Part shown: positions 45,229 to 55,978 of the stretch, piece by piece
Layout: each line of letters starts with the position of its first letter
Position numbering within the stretch: position 1 is the stretch's first letter
Source of the DNA: Nevskiaceae bacterium
GTDB lineage: Bacteria; Pseudomonadota; Gammaproteobacteria; Nevskiales; Nevskiaceae
DNA length: 64,000 nucleotides
NCBI GenBank assembly: GCA_040377605.1
Contig: JBEIOK010000001.1
Location: 11,540-75,539 of the forward strand
Direction of reading: 5' to 3'
Program-made: the position numbers and the translations under genes
The notes under the pieces: model-generated
Databases searched by the model: none
The model's input: only the letters and a program-made list of their open reading frames with translations
What the model was told of the DNA's origin: nothing

Positions 45229-46734
45229 TCAGCGCCCGCGCACCTGAAACCGGCGCCACGCACCGGCCAGGAGCAGCAGGACCAGCAAGGGGGCAGAGGG
45301 GGCGCCGCCACCGCTGTCGCCTCCGGCGGCAGCATTGCCAGCGGTGACGACCGGTGCGCAGCCGGCGCGGATGTCCTCGCAGACCGCTACGGCGCCGCTG
45401 CGTGTCGGAAAATGACGCGCGGAACGGAAGTAGAAGCTGTAACGCTCCAGCCAGTCGGCGTCGGCCAGCAGGCGTGTATCGGCGTCCGCGTGGCCGGGTT
45501 CGCCCGGACGCTTGAGCCAGCGATCGAGCCACGCCACGGAATAGTGCTCCGCCATCGGCCGTCCCCAGCCGCCGTTGCACTGCCCCCCGGCGGTATCGGG
45601 GCACCAGGAACTCGAAGGGAAGGTCGGGATCAGGCTCCACTCGAAATGCGTGCTGCCCTGGATCGTCAATTGATAGACCGGCAGCCCGGCCTCGACCCAT
45701 TTGGCGTAAGCGTCCTTGTGGGCCTCGGGTTCCGGCGGACGGGCGAACGCGAGCCCCGCGATGCCGTACTCGGAGGTGTGGCCCATCGCCGGGACCCGCG
45801 GCACGATGCCGTCACCGGCACTGAGGCTGTCCCAGGCCACCGCCACGTCCACGGGGTTCTGCGCATCGAGCAGCCCCGGCCACGGCTCGGCGCCAGGGGC
45901 GCCGTAGCCCTGTACGCGCGACACGCCACTGGCACCCAGCGAATGACCGACGATGCCCAGGCGCTCGCGGTCCAGCACGGCGTGGTCCGGATTGAAGGCA
46001 GCGACCTCGGTGGGACGGGTGCCGGCGCAGCTCAGGTTGTGCGGGTACGGGGCGACCGGCGTGGAGCGGAAGAAGTCGATGACATTGACCAGTCCGTCCC
46101 AAAACACCGTGCTGTTGAAATTGCTGCCTTGCTGGAAATCCGGCGTCTGCAGGTCGGAGCGTCCCTGCCCACGCACGTCGAAGGTCATCACCGCATAGCC
46201 CTGACGCACCAGCGCCTGCGCCATCCACCAGTACAGCGTCTCCGGTGCCTGGATCGAGCCGGTCTCGATCACGACCCCAGGCAGCGGACCATGGGCTCCG
46301 CGCGGCTTCCAGACGCGCCCCGAGAGGCGCGCGCAGCCTGCGTCGTAGAACACGACGGGCGTGACCTCGCCAACCTCGTCATAGAACGGATCGACGCCCG
46401 GGTAGCGGAAAGGATCGCCGGCGCATTGCTCGGCCCAGGTCGCACACAGCGGCAGCACTGCCGTGTTTCCCGTCAGGGGGTTGATCCACGAAGGATCACG
46501 TACCCCGCGTTGCAGCCACTGCAGCAGATTGGCCGCGCTCTGTGCTTCCAGCCGTAGCACGAACACCGGGTTGGTGACCTGTTCGGTCGGCCCCTCCAGC
46601 GTACGCGCGTAATTGGCGAGTTCCCGCGCGGTCCACGCCGCAGAGGGGTACTCGGCCCCCTCGGGAATCGCGCTCACCACCCACGGCCAAAACAACAGCG
46701 CGGCCAGAAGGCCGCGCTTGTGGAGCCGCTTCAT
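45229..46734 (-). CDS. Secreted alpha/beta hydrolase with GlyGly-CTERM tail
   Basis: Signal peptide, FDVRGQGRS, GHSLG nucleophile elbow, C-terminal SGGGA + hydrophobic helix + RRFQVRGR. Confidence 0.8.
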   Translation of the reverse strand: MKRLHKRGLLAALLFWPWVVSAIPEGAEYPSAAWTARELANYARTLEGPTEQVTNPVFVLRLEAQSAANLLQWLQRGVRDPSWINPLTGNTAVLPLCATWAEQCAGDPFRYPGVDPFYDEVGEVTPVVFYDAGCARLSGRVWKPRGAHGPLPGVVIETGSIQAPETLYWWMAQALVRQGYAVMTFDVRGQGRSDLQTPDFQQGSNFNSTVFWDGLVNVIDFFRSTPVAPYPHNLSCAGTRPTEVAAFNPDHAVLDRERLGIVGHSLGASGVSRVQGYGAPGAEPWPGLLDAQNPVDVAVAWDSLSAGDGIVPRVPAMGHTSEYGIAGLAFARPPEPEAHKDAYAKWVEAGLPVYQLTIQGSTHFEWSLIPTFPSSSWCPDTAGGQCNGGWGRPMAEHYSVAWLDRWLKRPGEPGHADADTRLLADADWLERYSFYFRSARHFPTRSGAVAVCEDIRAGCAPVVTAGNAAAGGDSGGGAPSAPLLVLLLLAGAWRRFQVRGR

Positions 46735-46811
46735 TGTCTCCTCCAATCCCTCTTTGGGGATATCGCACTTCTTCCACCGGCTTTATACGCCGTTCTGTCA
46801 AGAAATGGGAA

Positions 46812-47741
46812 TTACGCTGCCTTGGCGACCGCAGCCGTGCGCAGCAGACCGACCAGGTCCTCGCGGCGGTAGATGCCGAGCTTGCGGTAGATGCGCGATG
46901 CATGATTGGCGACCGTGCTGATCGCGATGTCGTACTCCCGCGCCACACTCTTGAAGGTCTTGCCCTGGGCCAGGGCGCGGGCGATGTCCTGCTCACGCGG
47001 CGACAGCCCGTCCAGCGGATGCGGCTTGCGTGCGTGCAGCAGGTACAACTCACCGGCACGGGCCAGCCGGAAGTGCAGATCGCCGATGCGGAACTCGCCC
47101 GCGCCGTCCTCCAGCACCGTTGCCGGCACCGGGAATGGCAGCGTCGAGAACTCGTTTCCGCCCCACTGCTCGCCGACCAGGGTACGGAAGCGCTCACTGG
47201 CGACATATACGGCCAGTGCCGCATCGATCATCGCGGACGAGCCCCGCGAGGGCCGCCCCAATGCCTGCAGCCACTCATCCCGCTGGATGAACTGCGACAG
47301 CGACAACGATCCCGCCTGCACCAGGTGGCCGGTGGCGCGGCGCAGCAGGCCATGGTCCGGCTGGACGCCTTCGGAAAACCGCAACAGCAACAGCGAGTAC
47401 AGGGCGGTACCGCGATGGGCAACCAGCAGCTCCAGTCCCCAGCTGCCATCGCCCCCGCCGAGTGCGACCGGCAACGGCCGCAGCTCGCGTTCGCGATGCG
47501 CAGCGTCCAGCGGCACCGCGCGCATCGCCTGGATATCAAATGACAGCGACTCGGGCCACTGCGCGAACTCCCCGGGCAAGGCATTGGGCGCACGCGTCAG
47601 CCAGGCCGCACCCTGCGCGCCGATCCATTCGCAGAACTGCTCCAGCGCCCAGGGCCGGAACGACTGCCAGCCGCGCTCGAAGGCGCCGGCGTAGAGCGTC
47701 GCCACCAGGCGATCAAAGTCATGGCTCGAACCCTCGGTCAT
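46812..47741 (-). CDS. LuxR-type HTH transcriptional regulator
   Basis: LSPREQDIARALAQGKTFKSVA...STVANHASRIYRKLGI. Confidence 0.85.
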   Translation of the reverse strand: MTEGSSHDFDRLVATLYAGAFERGWQSFRPWALEQFCEWIGAQGAAWLTRAPNALPGEFAQWPESLSFDIQAMRAVPLDAAHRERELRPLPVALGGGDGSWGLELLVAHRGTALYSLLLLRFSEGVQPDHGLLRRATGHLVQAGSLSLSQFIQRDEWLQALGRPSRGSSAMIDAALAVYVASERFRTLVGEQWGGNEFSTLPFPVPATVLEDGAGEFRIGDLHFRLARAGELYLLHARKPHPLDGLSPREQDIARALAQGKTFKSVAREYDIAISTVANHASRIYRKLGIYRREDLVGLLRTAAVAKAA

Positions 47742-47784
47742 CACGCGGTCTCCCTGTGCCTCATCGCCATCATCTTGCCCCTGT

Positions 47785-48684
47785 TCATCCACCCAGCGCG
47801 TCGTCATCGTAGGCCAGCGGATCTTCGAGCGGTTCCAGGTGCGTGATGACATGCACCGGTGCCAGATGCTCGCGAATCCTCTGCTCCACGCGCTCGGCCA
47901 GGTCATGGCCCTGCTGCACCGTCCAGGCCCCGGGGACCAGCACATGCAGGCTGACGAAGCGCCGCGGCCCGGATTGGCGAGTACGCAGCGCATGGAATCT
48001 CAGACCCTGCGCGCGAAATTCCTCCAGCAGCCGGTCCAGCACCTCCCGGTCGGCGCGCGGCAGCGACACATCCATCAGCCCGTCGGCGGACTGGCGGAGC
48101 AGACGGCCGCCCGTCCGCAGAATGTTCAGGCCGACCAGCACCGCCAGCAGCGGGTCGAGGATCAGCCAGCCGGTCACTGCCACCAGCGCCACGCCTCCGA
48201 TGATGCCCACCGAGGTCCAGACGTCGGTCATCAGGTGATGTGCGTCTGCCTCCAGCGCCAGCGATCGGTGGATTCGCGCGCCGTGCATCAACGCACGCGC
48301 CATGCCCAGGTTGATCAGCGCCGCCACCGCGCTGACGACCAGGCCCAGGCCCGCCTGCTCGATCGGCTGCGGGTCCCAGAGCCGCGGGACGGACGCCCAC
48401 AGGATCGACAGACTGGCCACCGCGATCATCGCGCCTTCAAACCCGCTGGCGAAGTACTCGGCCTTGCCGTGACCGTAGGCGTGATTGTCGTCGGGCGGCA
48501 TGACCGCCAGACGCAGGGCCCAGAACGCGACCAGCGCTGCGGTGAGGTTGACGGTGGACTCCAGCGCGTCGGACAGCAGCCCCACGGAGCCCGTGACCTT
48601 CCAGGCGAACAGCTTCAGCGCCATGGTCATCAGGGCCGCAGCGACCGACCAGGCGGCGTAGCGCGCGGCGGGCGCGTGGCTCAT
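47785..48684 (-). CDS. Cation diffusion facilitator family transporter
   Basis: SVGLLSDALES, HAYGHGKAEY, DAHHLMTDV, HLEP. Confidence 0.92.
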   Translation of the reverse strand: MSHAPAARYAAWSVAAALMTMALKLFAWKVTGSVGLLSDALESTVNLTAALVAFWALRLAVMPPDDNHAYGHGKAEYFASGFEGAMIAVASLSILWASVPRLWDPQPIEQAGLGLVVSAVAALINLGMARALMHGARIHRSLALEADAHHLMTDVWTSVGIIGGVALVAVTGWLILDPLLAVLVGLNILRTGGRLLRQSADGLMDVSLPRADREVLDRLLEEFRAQGLRFHALRTRQSGPRRFVSLHVLVPGAWTVQQGHDLAERVEQRIREHLAPVHVITHLEPLEDPLAYDDDALGG

Positions 48685-48690
48685 CGCCCT

Positions 48691-49164
48691 TCAGTCCGCG
48701 AGCTGTGCGCGCGCGACTTCCGCCTCGATCTGTTCGAGATCCGGGATCAGGGCTTCCTGATTGGCGATGCGCACCCGTGTCAGCACGACCTCGTCGCGGT
48801 CGGTGTCGCGCAGCGGCGCGCTGCGCACCGCGGTACGGTTCAGTGTCACCAGATGCGGATAGCCCTGGGTCATGATCGCCAGATGTCCGCTAGGCAGGTG
48901 CCGCCCCAGCGAATTCAGCACGACCAGGCGCTCACGCCGCGGGTCACCGCCCGTCGGGGCGTGATTGAGGCGCTCAAATCGCACGACCGGCACGCGACGG
49001 TTGTTCCAGTCGCAATAGCCCAGCAGCCAGTCCGGGTGAGGACCTTCCTCCACCTGCAGTGCCTCGCGCGCCAGCACCTCGGCCACCGCGGTATTGGGCA
49101 ACAGCAGTGTGTCCTCGTGCACGCTCATCAGCACCGCATAGATCTGTTCGCGCAGCGTGCTCAT
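48691..49164 (-). CDS. chpC: CheW-like scaffold ChpC
   Basis: LLLPNTAVAEV, WLLGYCDW...VPVVRFE, QGYPHL; ATGA overlap with chpA. Confidence 0.8.
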   Translation of the reverse strand: MSTLREQIYAVLMSVHEDTLLLPNTAVAEVLAREALQVEEGPHPDWLLGYCDWNNRRVPVVRFERLNHAPTGGDPRRERLVVLNSLGRHLPSGHLAIMTQGYPHLVTLNRTAVRSAPLRDTDRDEVVLTRVRIANQEALIPDLEQIEAEVARAQLAD

Positions 49165-52100
49165 GACGAGACTCCGGGGGCCGCGATGACCGCACGCAAT
49201 TCATCGAGCAACTGGTCTTCGAGATACGGCTTGATCAGGTATCGGTTGACACCAATGCTGCGCGCACGCTCGCGGTGCTTGTCGCCCGAACGCGACGTGA
49301 TCATGATGATCGGCGTGGCGGCAATCCGCTGGGAGTTGCGCACAAAGGTCGCCACTTCGAAACCATCGGCTCGCGGCATCTCGATATCGAGCAGGATCGC
49401 CGCCGGACTCTCGGTCTGCAGCTGCGCCATCGCATCGAGACCGTCCTTCGCCGTCACCACGCGATAGCCCTGCTTGACCAGCAGACGTTCGGTCACGCGG
49501 CGGATCGTGATGGAGTCGTCGACAACCATGATCAGGTGGTTGCGGGCGGGGGCATCGGCCTCCGGCTCCGGAGGCTGACCCGCAGCCAGCGTGCGCAGCG
49601 TGCGGCGTGTGCGGTCCTGTGCCAGCGCGGCGACATCCACGATCAACACCACCCGACCGTCAGCCAGAATCGTCGCGCCGGTCACGCCCGGAATCACGCT
49701 GACCTGCGGCCCCAGCGCCTTGGACACGACTTCGCGATTGCCGATCAGCGCGTCGACCACCATCGCGATGCGTCGCTCACCAGCGCCCAGACCTTCGGGC
49801 AGGCGCACCAGGATCGCGTTGAGCGTCTTCGGCTCGTTGCCGGGATCACGCGCAACGCCGACGAAATCACCGAAATAGCGCACGCGATAGTCGGCATTGC
49901 CGTAGCGGAAACCCGCCCCCTCCTCGGCGTAGAGACGGTCGAGATCCTCACGCGGCACGCGGGCGATACCCTCGATGCTGGGCAGTGGCACCGCGAACTG
50001 CTCGGTCCCCACAGCCACCAGCAGCGCCTGCGACATCGCCAGGGTCAGCGGCAGACGGATCAGGAAGCGTGCGCCCTTGCCGCTTTCCGAAGCCAGTTCC
50101 AGCGTACCGCCGAGCTGCTTCACTTCCGCGGCAACCACGTCCATGCCGACACCGCGGCCGGCGTCCTGGGTCAGGCGCTGCGCGGTCGAGAAGCCCGGCA
50201 TGAAGATGAACTGCGCAGCCTCCTCGTCGCTGATCTCGACACCGGCGGGCATCAGGCCGCGCTTGATCGCGGTATCGCGAATCGCCTGGAAGTCGAGGCC
50301 GCGCCCGTCATCGCGCAGCTCGATAAACAACTGAGTGCCTTCGCGGCCCAAGTTGACCTCGATGCGGCCGATGGGATCCTTGCCGGCAAAGCTACGTGCG
50401 TCCGGCATCTCGATGCCATGCACGACCGCATTACGCATCAGATGCTCCAGCGGCGCCGTCATGCGCTCCAGAACATTACGATCGAGCTCGGCCTCGATGC
50501 CGCTGAACTGCACGTCCGCACGCTTGCCATTTTCCTGGGCGGTCTGCTGCACGAGACGCTGCAGTCGCGCCGCCTGGCGCGAGAACGGCACCATCAGCGT
50601 GCGCATCATGCCCTGCTGCACTTCCGTATTGACGCGCCCTTGCTGCAGCAGGATCGTCACGGCCTCGCTGGCCAGACCATCCATCGACGCGTGCAGTGCC
50701 GCGAGATCGCTGATCGATTCGTTGAGCGCACGCGCAAGTTCCTGCATGCGCGTGTAGCGATCCATTTCCAGCGGATCGAATTCACCGGCGTAACGGTCCG
50801 AACTCTCGGCCTGGCTCAGACCGCGAGCCGCAATCTGCGCGTCCGTTTCGGCCTGCAGCTGCCGCATCTGCTCGCGAATACGCTGGATCGCCTGCGCCAT
50901 TTCGTCGAGCTGTGTCTGCATCCCCGCGTTGTGTTCTTCCAGACGCGAGCGGTAGATCGAGATTTCGCCGGCTTCGTTGAGCATGCGATCCAGCGTTTCG
51001 ACCGGCACGCGCGCCGTCTCGCGGCGCGCCGACAGCAAGCTTTCCGACTCTTCCGCCGGGCGCCAGAACAGTTCTGGATCCCAGGATTCGGCGGTCGCGG
51101 TGCTCATCGACACTACCGGCTCCTGCGGCAACGAGTCGGATTCGACTGTGCTCTGGCCTTGCGGTGCCAGGCCCTCGGGGCCCGCGGAGCGATCGTCCGC
51201 CGCCACCGGCGGCGCCGTCCGCATCAGTGCCTCGAGATCACCCCGTTCGAGGCGATCAACCATGGACCGCAGATCGGCCACGGCGCGCATCACACTGCCC
51301 GTCGCCTCCAGCGGCGGATCGGTGAGCAGGGTTTCGAGATCGTGAGCGGCATCACCGATCGCGACCAATCCACTCATGCGCGCACCGCCCTTGAGCGTGT
51401 GCAGCACGCGCTGCATGTCCTGCAGCGCATCGGTGTCCGACGGCGCCACTTGCCAGCGCAGATGGGCTCGCTCCAGCTGCTCGACCAGTTCGACCGCCTC
51501 GCCGGTGAAGACATCGATCAAGTCGGCATCAGCGACGGAAGCGTCGGGTGCGGCGAACAAGGTCGACGGCAACGCCTCCGGCATCGGCATCAGCGGCTCG
51601 GCGGCGAAGGCCTCCGCTTCCGGCAGGGCCGGCTCGGGGGCCGGCGCTGACGCTGCCTCGACGGACGCGGGCGTTCCGCCGCCAGCGAGATCGTCCAGCG
51701 CCCGCGCCATGTCCGGAATCACGCCGCGCTTGAGGTCATCCAGCGCCAGATGCAACGCGTCTGCGGTGTTGTGGAGACGGGAGAAGAATCCCGTGTCGGC
51801 TGCGGTCGAGCCGCGCTCCATTGAATCGAGCAGCGACTCCAGGCGGTGCGCGACCTCTCCGACCGGCATCAGGCCCGCCATGCGCGCGCTACCCTTGAAG
51901 GTGTGCAGGACGCGTTGCAGATCGTTCAGCGCACGCGCGCTGCGCGGATCGCGTTCCAGCGCCGCACTGCCCTGATCCAGACCTTCCAGCAGTTCCTCGG
52001 CCTCGGCGATGAAGATGGACAGCAGCTCCGGATCTTCGGCCGGCGTCACCACGGTCACTGCTGGCGGCAACTCGGCCGCCATCTCGATGACCCTCGCTGC

Positions 52101-55100
52101 AGCAGGCATGTCCAGGGACGACACCTCGGCCGGCTCCGATATCGGGGCTTCGAAGATCGGGTCTAGCTCCGGGGCCGGGGGCATCTCGATGGCGCCGCCC
52201 TCGAGCGTCAAGCCCTCATCGCTGGTCTCAAAGAACGGATCGATGAAGGCTTCGGCGGGCACAGAGGACTGCGGCGGATCCTGCACGGACAGATCACCGG
52301 CTGCGGAGACAGGCGGCATCTCGATGACGTCGGACACTTCATCGCGCGCAGGCGGCTCCGGCTGGTGTAACGCCAACGCCGGCGCCACCGGCGTATCAGC
52401 ATTCCAGCGCAGCCGCTGGACCCGTTCGACGATGTCCTGTCCGTCCCCCCGCAAGGTTCCGTCACGGTAGGCGTCGAGCTGCTGATAGAACAGCTCATGA
52501 ACGGCAGCGAGCTCGGCAAAGGCCTCGGCGTCGGGCACCGCAGCGCCGGACAGCGCCTCGCCAAACTTGTCCTGCAGTGCACGTGCGGCGTTGCCGATCG
52601 GCTGACAGCTGGCCATCAAGGCCGCGCCCTTGAGCGTGTGGCTCAGGACCTTCAGTTCCTGCGGCGCGCGGTCGCCGTCAGGCGCCTGCATCCAGCTGCG
52701 CAGCGCCTCTTCCATCTTCTGCACGAGGTCGAAGGCCTCGGCCGTGAAAATCTCGACCAGTTCGCGATCAACGCCGTCCGCACGTTCGGTGACCGGCACG
52801 TCGCCCTGCAGTTCGCGCAGTCGCTGCAGCCAGGGCGCGGCGTCATGCGCCTGCACCGCCTTGCTGCCGACATCCTCGATCCACCGGCACAGGACCGCCG
52901 TTGCGTCTTCCAGCACCGACAGGCCCTGCGAGCTCAGCGGCAGCTGCGCTTCGTCCAGCGAGTCCAGGTAAGCCTCGAGCGCGCCGGAAACCTCGCCGAG
53001 CGCGGCAGCGTCGACCACGCGCGCAGCGCCCCGCAGCGTGTGATAGGCACGCTTGACCTCGGAATCGATGCGATGCTGCGGCATGCCGCGATCCAGGCCG
53101 GCCAGCCAGGTCGTGGCCAACGCCAGCTTCTCGCGGGCATCCTCGCGGAAGATCGCCGCCATGTCGGCTTCCGGCGCGGCCGCCGGATCGCGGCCTTCGG
53201 CGTAGTCGCGCGCGCGCGCAATCAGCGCGCCGATTGCCGGCGCAGCCGGTTCGCGCATGCGGAACGCTTCGATCAGGCCCGGCAGCAGGGTCACGGCCTC
53301 GGTGACGGTGGTCACCACACCCGTGGAGGTCGGAATCGAGCCATCCAGGCACCGGTTGAGCAGGCTCTCGACCGCAAATCCGAAATCGCCGATCTCGGTC
53401 GCACCGACGGTGCGGCCGCTGCCCTTGAGGGTATGGAAGGCGCGACGGATCGTCGTCAAGGCGTCCCGGTTCTGCGGATCGCGGGTCCAGCCGGGCAGCG
53501 TCGACTCCAGCGTCGCGCGCACATCGCCGGCTTCCTCCAGGAAGATCTCTCGAATCTCCGGATCGTCGTCCCCCGCCGCCATTGCGGGCGCAGCAACCGG
53601 CGCGGACGCCGGAACGACGTCCGGAGCCGCCTCGGTGGTCGCCGGCACGACAGGCATCAGCGACAAAGATGGCGTCTCGTCCAGCGACAGCTCCAGCGGC
53701 GCACGCTCCAGCACCAGCGTCTGCGGCGCAGCGCCATGCTCGAGATCATCCAGGTACCGTGCCAGACCATCGAGAATCTGCTCGGCCGCCGGCAGGCGAT
53801 CCCGCACCGACTCGATGTAGTACTCGACGCAGGCCACCGCATCGGCAAAGCGATCGGCGCGATCCGAATCCTCACGCAGGCCCGCGAACTCGGAGCCGGC
53901 CACAAAGCGGCGCAGCCGCCGCAGCAATTGCCCCGCGCGCTCGGCACCGAGAATCTCGAAGCCGGAGGCGATCTCATCGACCAGCAGCGTGGCTTCCGGC
54001 AGCTCTGCCGTCGAGCCGTTCTTCAGGAAGGCGTCGACCCCGGCCTTGACCCGCGCGAGATTGACCATCGACTCGCGATACAGCGCGTCGAGACCCTCCG
54101 ACAGATCGCGCGAAGCGGGCACCTTGGTTTCCAGCTGGTCCTGCGAGTCGATATCGCGCGGACGCCGCAACTGGTGGAACAGCGCATTCTCGAGACTGTT
54201 CTCGACGCGCAGGATCGAGGTCGCGATCTCCATCCATGCCGCCGGCGTCGACGCCTGGCCCGCGCTATCCAGCGCAGCGGACTGATTGACGACGACGCGC
54301 TGCAGGACGTTCAACCCCAGCGCCGCGAGCGTATCGGCAATGCGCTTGAGGCTGGCACGCGTATCGGCTTCGTCTGCAATGCCACTGCCGGTACGCACGG
54401 CCAGATCGATACGGTCCTTGACCTTGGTGAACTCGGTCCGGATTTCTTCCGCCACCCGCCCCAGCAGCAGCATGCTCGGACCGTGGATCTTGCGGCGGTT
54501 CTCGTCCAGCTGTGCCTGACTCGGCAGATAGGTACCGAGCTGATAGGCCTGACGCAGTGCGCGGACGCGCGCGCCCTGGCCGCGCGAGCGGCCGATGATG
54601 AACAGGAGTTGCAGCGCCAGATCGCCGGCCTGCTCCGCCGCAGCCGATTCACCCTGATCCGCGAGCAGCTTGAGCTGCGAGCCGGCACGCCCGATGTAGC
54701 GCTTGAGGTCCAGGGAGTCGTCAACGGCGCGCGCCAGCAGCACCTCGACGGTGGCTGCGACGATACGCCACAGCTGGTGCACCGCCGGAGCCTGCGCCTG
54801 TTGCGCCACATGCTCGGCGATCTTGCCGAGACGGGCGATACCCGTAGCGGCATCGCGGGCATTCCGGATCCAGGCCAGCAGCGAGGCCTGGAACAGCGGC
54901 AGCAGCTTGCGCGCCTGCTGCTGCGCGGCGCCCTCCAGCCCGCTCTGATCCGGCGCCATCGGGAATGTCAGCGCTAGCGCCTGCATCTGCTCGACGAACA
55001 ACTCGGCCTCGGTCAGCACCGGCTGGCCGCGCGCCAGACGCAACTCGTTGATCGCCGGCTGCAGGACCAGCACACAGTCTTCACCGCCATCGACCAGGGC

Positions 55101-55421
55101 CAGCAGGTAGTCGTTGAGCTGGATCGTGGCCGTGAGCAACGTCGAATACAGCGGCTCCCGGTCGGCAACGCGATCATGCGTCAGGTCCTGCAGCGCCGCG
55201 TTCATCTCCGCGGCGAGCATGGCGGCGCCATGGCAGCGGATCATCGTGGCCGTGCCGCGCACCTGATGCAGTTCGACGTAAGCCTGCTGCAGCGGCAGGC
55301 CGTCGGTATCGTTCTCCACGTACTGCTCGATCAGGCTGCGAGCCCGGGTCACGCTCTGCTCGAGTTCGCCGCGGACCCAATGCAGGCTGCTGGCGAGTTG
55401 CGGACGCAGACTGGCGTTCAT
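49161..55421 (-). CDS. chpA: Pil-Chp histidine kinase ChpA (multiple Hpt, HATPase, CheW, REC)
   Basis: Five HT(L/F)(K/R)G Hpt motifs plus N-terminal HQVRG, FDPLEMDRY, HLMRNAVVHG, GRGVGMDVV, C-terminal receiver. Confidence 0.92.
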   Translation of the reverse strand: MNASLRPQLASSLHWVRGELEQSVTRARSLIEQYVENDTDGLPLQQAYVELHQVRGTATMIRCHGAAMLAAEMNAALQDLTHDRVADREPLYSTLLTATIQLNDYLLALVDGGEDCVLVLQPAINELRLARGQPVLTEAELFVEQMQALALTFPMAPDQSGLEGAAQQQARKLLPLFQASLLAWIRNARDAATGIARLGKIAEHVAQQAQAPAVHQLWRIVAATVEVLLARAVDDSLDLKRYIGRAGSQLKLLADQGESAAAEQAGDLALQLLFIIGRSRGQGARVRALRQAYQLGTYLPSQAQLDENRRKIHGPSMLLLGRVAEEIRTEFTKVKDRIDLAVRTGSGIADEADTRASLKRIADTLAALGLNVLQRVVVNQSAALDSAGQASTPAAWMEIATSILRVENSLENALFHQLRRPRDIDSQDQLETKVPASRDLSEGLDALYRESMVNLARVKAGVDAFLKNGSTAELPEATLLVDEIASGFEILGAERAGQLLRRLRRFVAGSEFAGLREDSDRADRFADAVACVEYYIESVRDRLPAAEQILDGLARYLDDLEHGAAPQTLVLERAPLELSLDETPSLSLMPVVPATTEAAPDVVPASAPVAAPAMAAGDDDPEIREIFLEEAGDVRATLESTLPGWTRDPQNRDALTTIRRAFHTLKGSGRTVGATEIGDFGFAVESLLNRCLDGSIPTSTGVVTTVTEAVTLLPGLIEAFRMREPAAPAIGALIARARDYAEGRDPAAAPEADMAAIFREDAREKLALATTWLAGLDRGMPQHRIDSEVKRAYHTLRGAARVVDAAALGEVSGALEAYLDSLDEAQLPLSSQGLSVLEDATAVLCRWIEDVGSKAVQAHDAAPWLQRLRELQGDVPVTERADGVDRELVEIFTAEAFDLVQKMEEALRSWMQAPDGDRAPQELKVLSHTLKGAALMASCQPIGNAARALQDKFGEALSGAAVPDAEAFAELAAVHELFYQQLDAYRDGTLRGDGQDIVERVQRLRWNADTPVAPALALHQPEPPARDEVSDVIEMPPVSAAGDLSVQDPPQSSVPAEAFIDPFFETSDEGLTLEGGAIEMPPAPELDPIFEAPISEPAEVSSLDMPAAARVIEMAAELPPAVTVVTPAEDPELLSIFIAEAEELLEGLDQGSAALERDPRSARALNDLQRVLHTFKGSARMAGLMPVGEVAHRLESLLDSMERGSTAADTGFFSRLHNTADALHLALDDLKRGVIPDMARALDDLAGGGTPASVEAASAPAPEPALPEAEAFAAEPLMPMPEALPSTLFAAPDASVADADLIDVFTGEAVELVEQLERAHLRWQVAPSDTDALQDMQRVLHTLKGGARMSGLVAIGDAAHDLETLLTDPPLEATGSVMRAVADLRSMVDRLERGDLEALMRTAPPVAADDRSAGPEGLAPQGQSTVESDSLPQEPVVSMSTATAESWDPELFWRPAEESESLLSARRETARVPVETLDRMLNEAGEISIYRSRLEEHNAGMQTQLDEMAQAIQRIREQMRQLQAETDAQIAARGLSQAESSDRYAGEFDPLEMDRYTRMQELARALNESISDLAALHASMDGLASEAVTILLQQGRVNTEVQQGMMRTLMVPFSRQAARLQRLVQQTAQENGKRADVQFSGIEAELDRNVLERMTAPLEHLMRNAVVHGIEMPDARSFAGKDPIGRIEVNLGREGTQLFIELRDDGRGLDFQAIRDTAIKRGLMPAGVEISDEEAAQFIFMPGFSTAQRLTQDAGRGVGMDVVAAEVKQLGGTLELASESGKGARFLIRLPLTLAMSQALLVAVGTEQFAVPLPSIEGIARVPREDLDRLYAEEGAGFRYGNADYRVRYFGDFVGVARDPGNEPKTLNAILVRLPEGLGAGERRIAMVVDALIGNREVVSKALGPQVSVIPGVTGATILADGRVVLIVDVAALAQDRTRRTLRTLAAGQPPEPEADAPARNHLIMVVDDSITIRRVTERLLVKQGYRVVTAKDGLDAMAQLQTESPAAILLDIEMPRADGFEVATFVRNSQRIAATPIIMITSRSGDKHRERARSIGVNRYLIKPYLEDQLLDELRAVIAAPGVSS

Positions 55422-55966
55422 CGTGCGGCCGCCCGGAACGCTTCGCTGTCGACCAGCCGGTGCAGACTGAACGCCAGCCACGGCTGGCCCTCACGCACAA
55501 AGGCTCCCAGCAGGTACGGCGTGAACGCACCCGCCTGCTGCTTCATCTCGTTGCGCTGCTCACCCGGCGCAAACTGGCGATAACCCGCCACCTCGTCGAC
55601 CAGAAACCCGGCGGGTGTGCGCTTGGAATTGAGGACCAGTACGCGCCGCGCCCGCGCCGCTTCGCTCGGCGGCAGCCCCAGCAGTACGGGCAGATCGATC
55701 AGGGTCAGCAATTCGCCACGGACATTGGCGACACCGCTGAGCCAGGGCTGGGCGTTGGGCACGCGCGTGGCCCGCGGCGGCGGGATGACCTCGCGCACAT
55801 CCTCGCGCGGTGCCGCAAGCCAAGTATTGCCGATGCGGAATCCGAGGCCGACCCAGGCCTGCGCCTCGCCCGCCACCACATCCAGCCGCGCGGCGCGCAG
55901 CCGTTCTTCCAGCTGCAGCAACAGCCCGAAGGGATCGGCTCGCAGGGCCCGCAGTTCAGCGCTCAT
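55418..55966 (-). CDS. pilI: CheW-like protein PilI
   Basis: WVGLGFRIG, TRVPNAQPWLSGVANVRGELL. Confidence 0.88.
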   Translation of the reverse strand: MSAELRALRADPFGLLLQLEERLRAARLDVVAGEAQAWVGLGFRIGNTWLAAPREDVREVIPPPRATRVPNAQPWLSGVANVRGELLTLIDLPVLLGLPPSEAARARRVLVLNSKRTPAGFLVDEVAGYRQFAPGEQRNEMKQQAGAFTPYLLGAFVREGQPWLAFSLHRLVDSEAFRAAAR

Positions 55967-55978
55967 GCCGGCAGGGCC

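Noticed and set aside
45116-45700. 195-aa N-terminal extension of the 1174-aa ORF; similar extensions on 3629-5077, 9676-11118, 27329-28000 and 32035-33342
   Set aside because: Arg-rich low-information sequence overlapping neighbouring genes or promoters; signal peptides, RBS or family-typical N-termini mark later starts
49275-54977. Very long plus-strand ORFs (791 aa and 826 aa) opposite chpA, and similar ones such as 56557-58956 minus, 43319-45124 plus and 39157-40755 plus
   Set aside because: Antisense shadow ORFs produced by high-GC codon bias; no motifs, and each overlaps a well-supported gene
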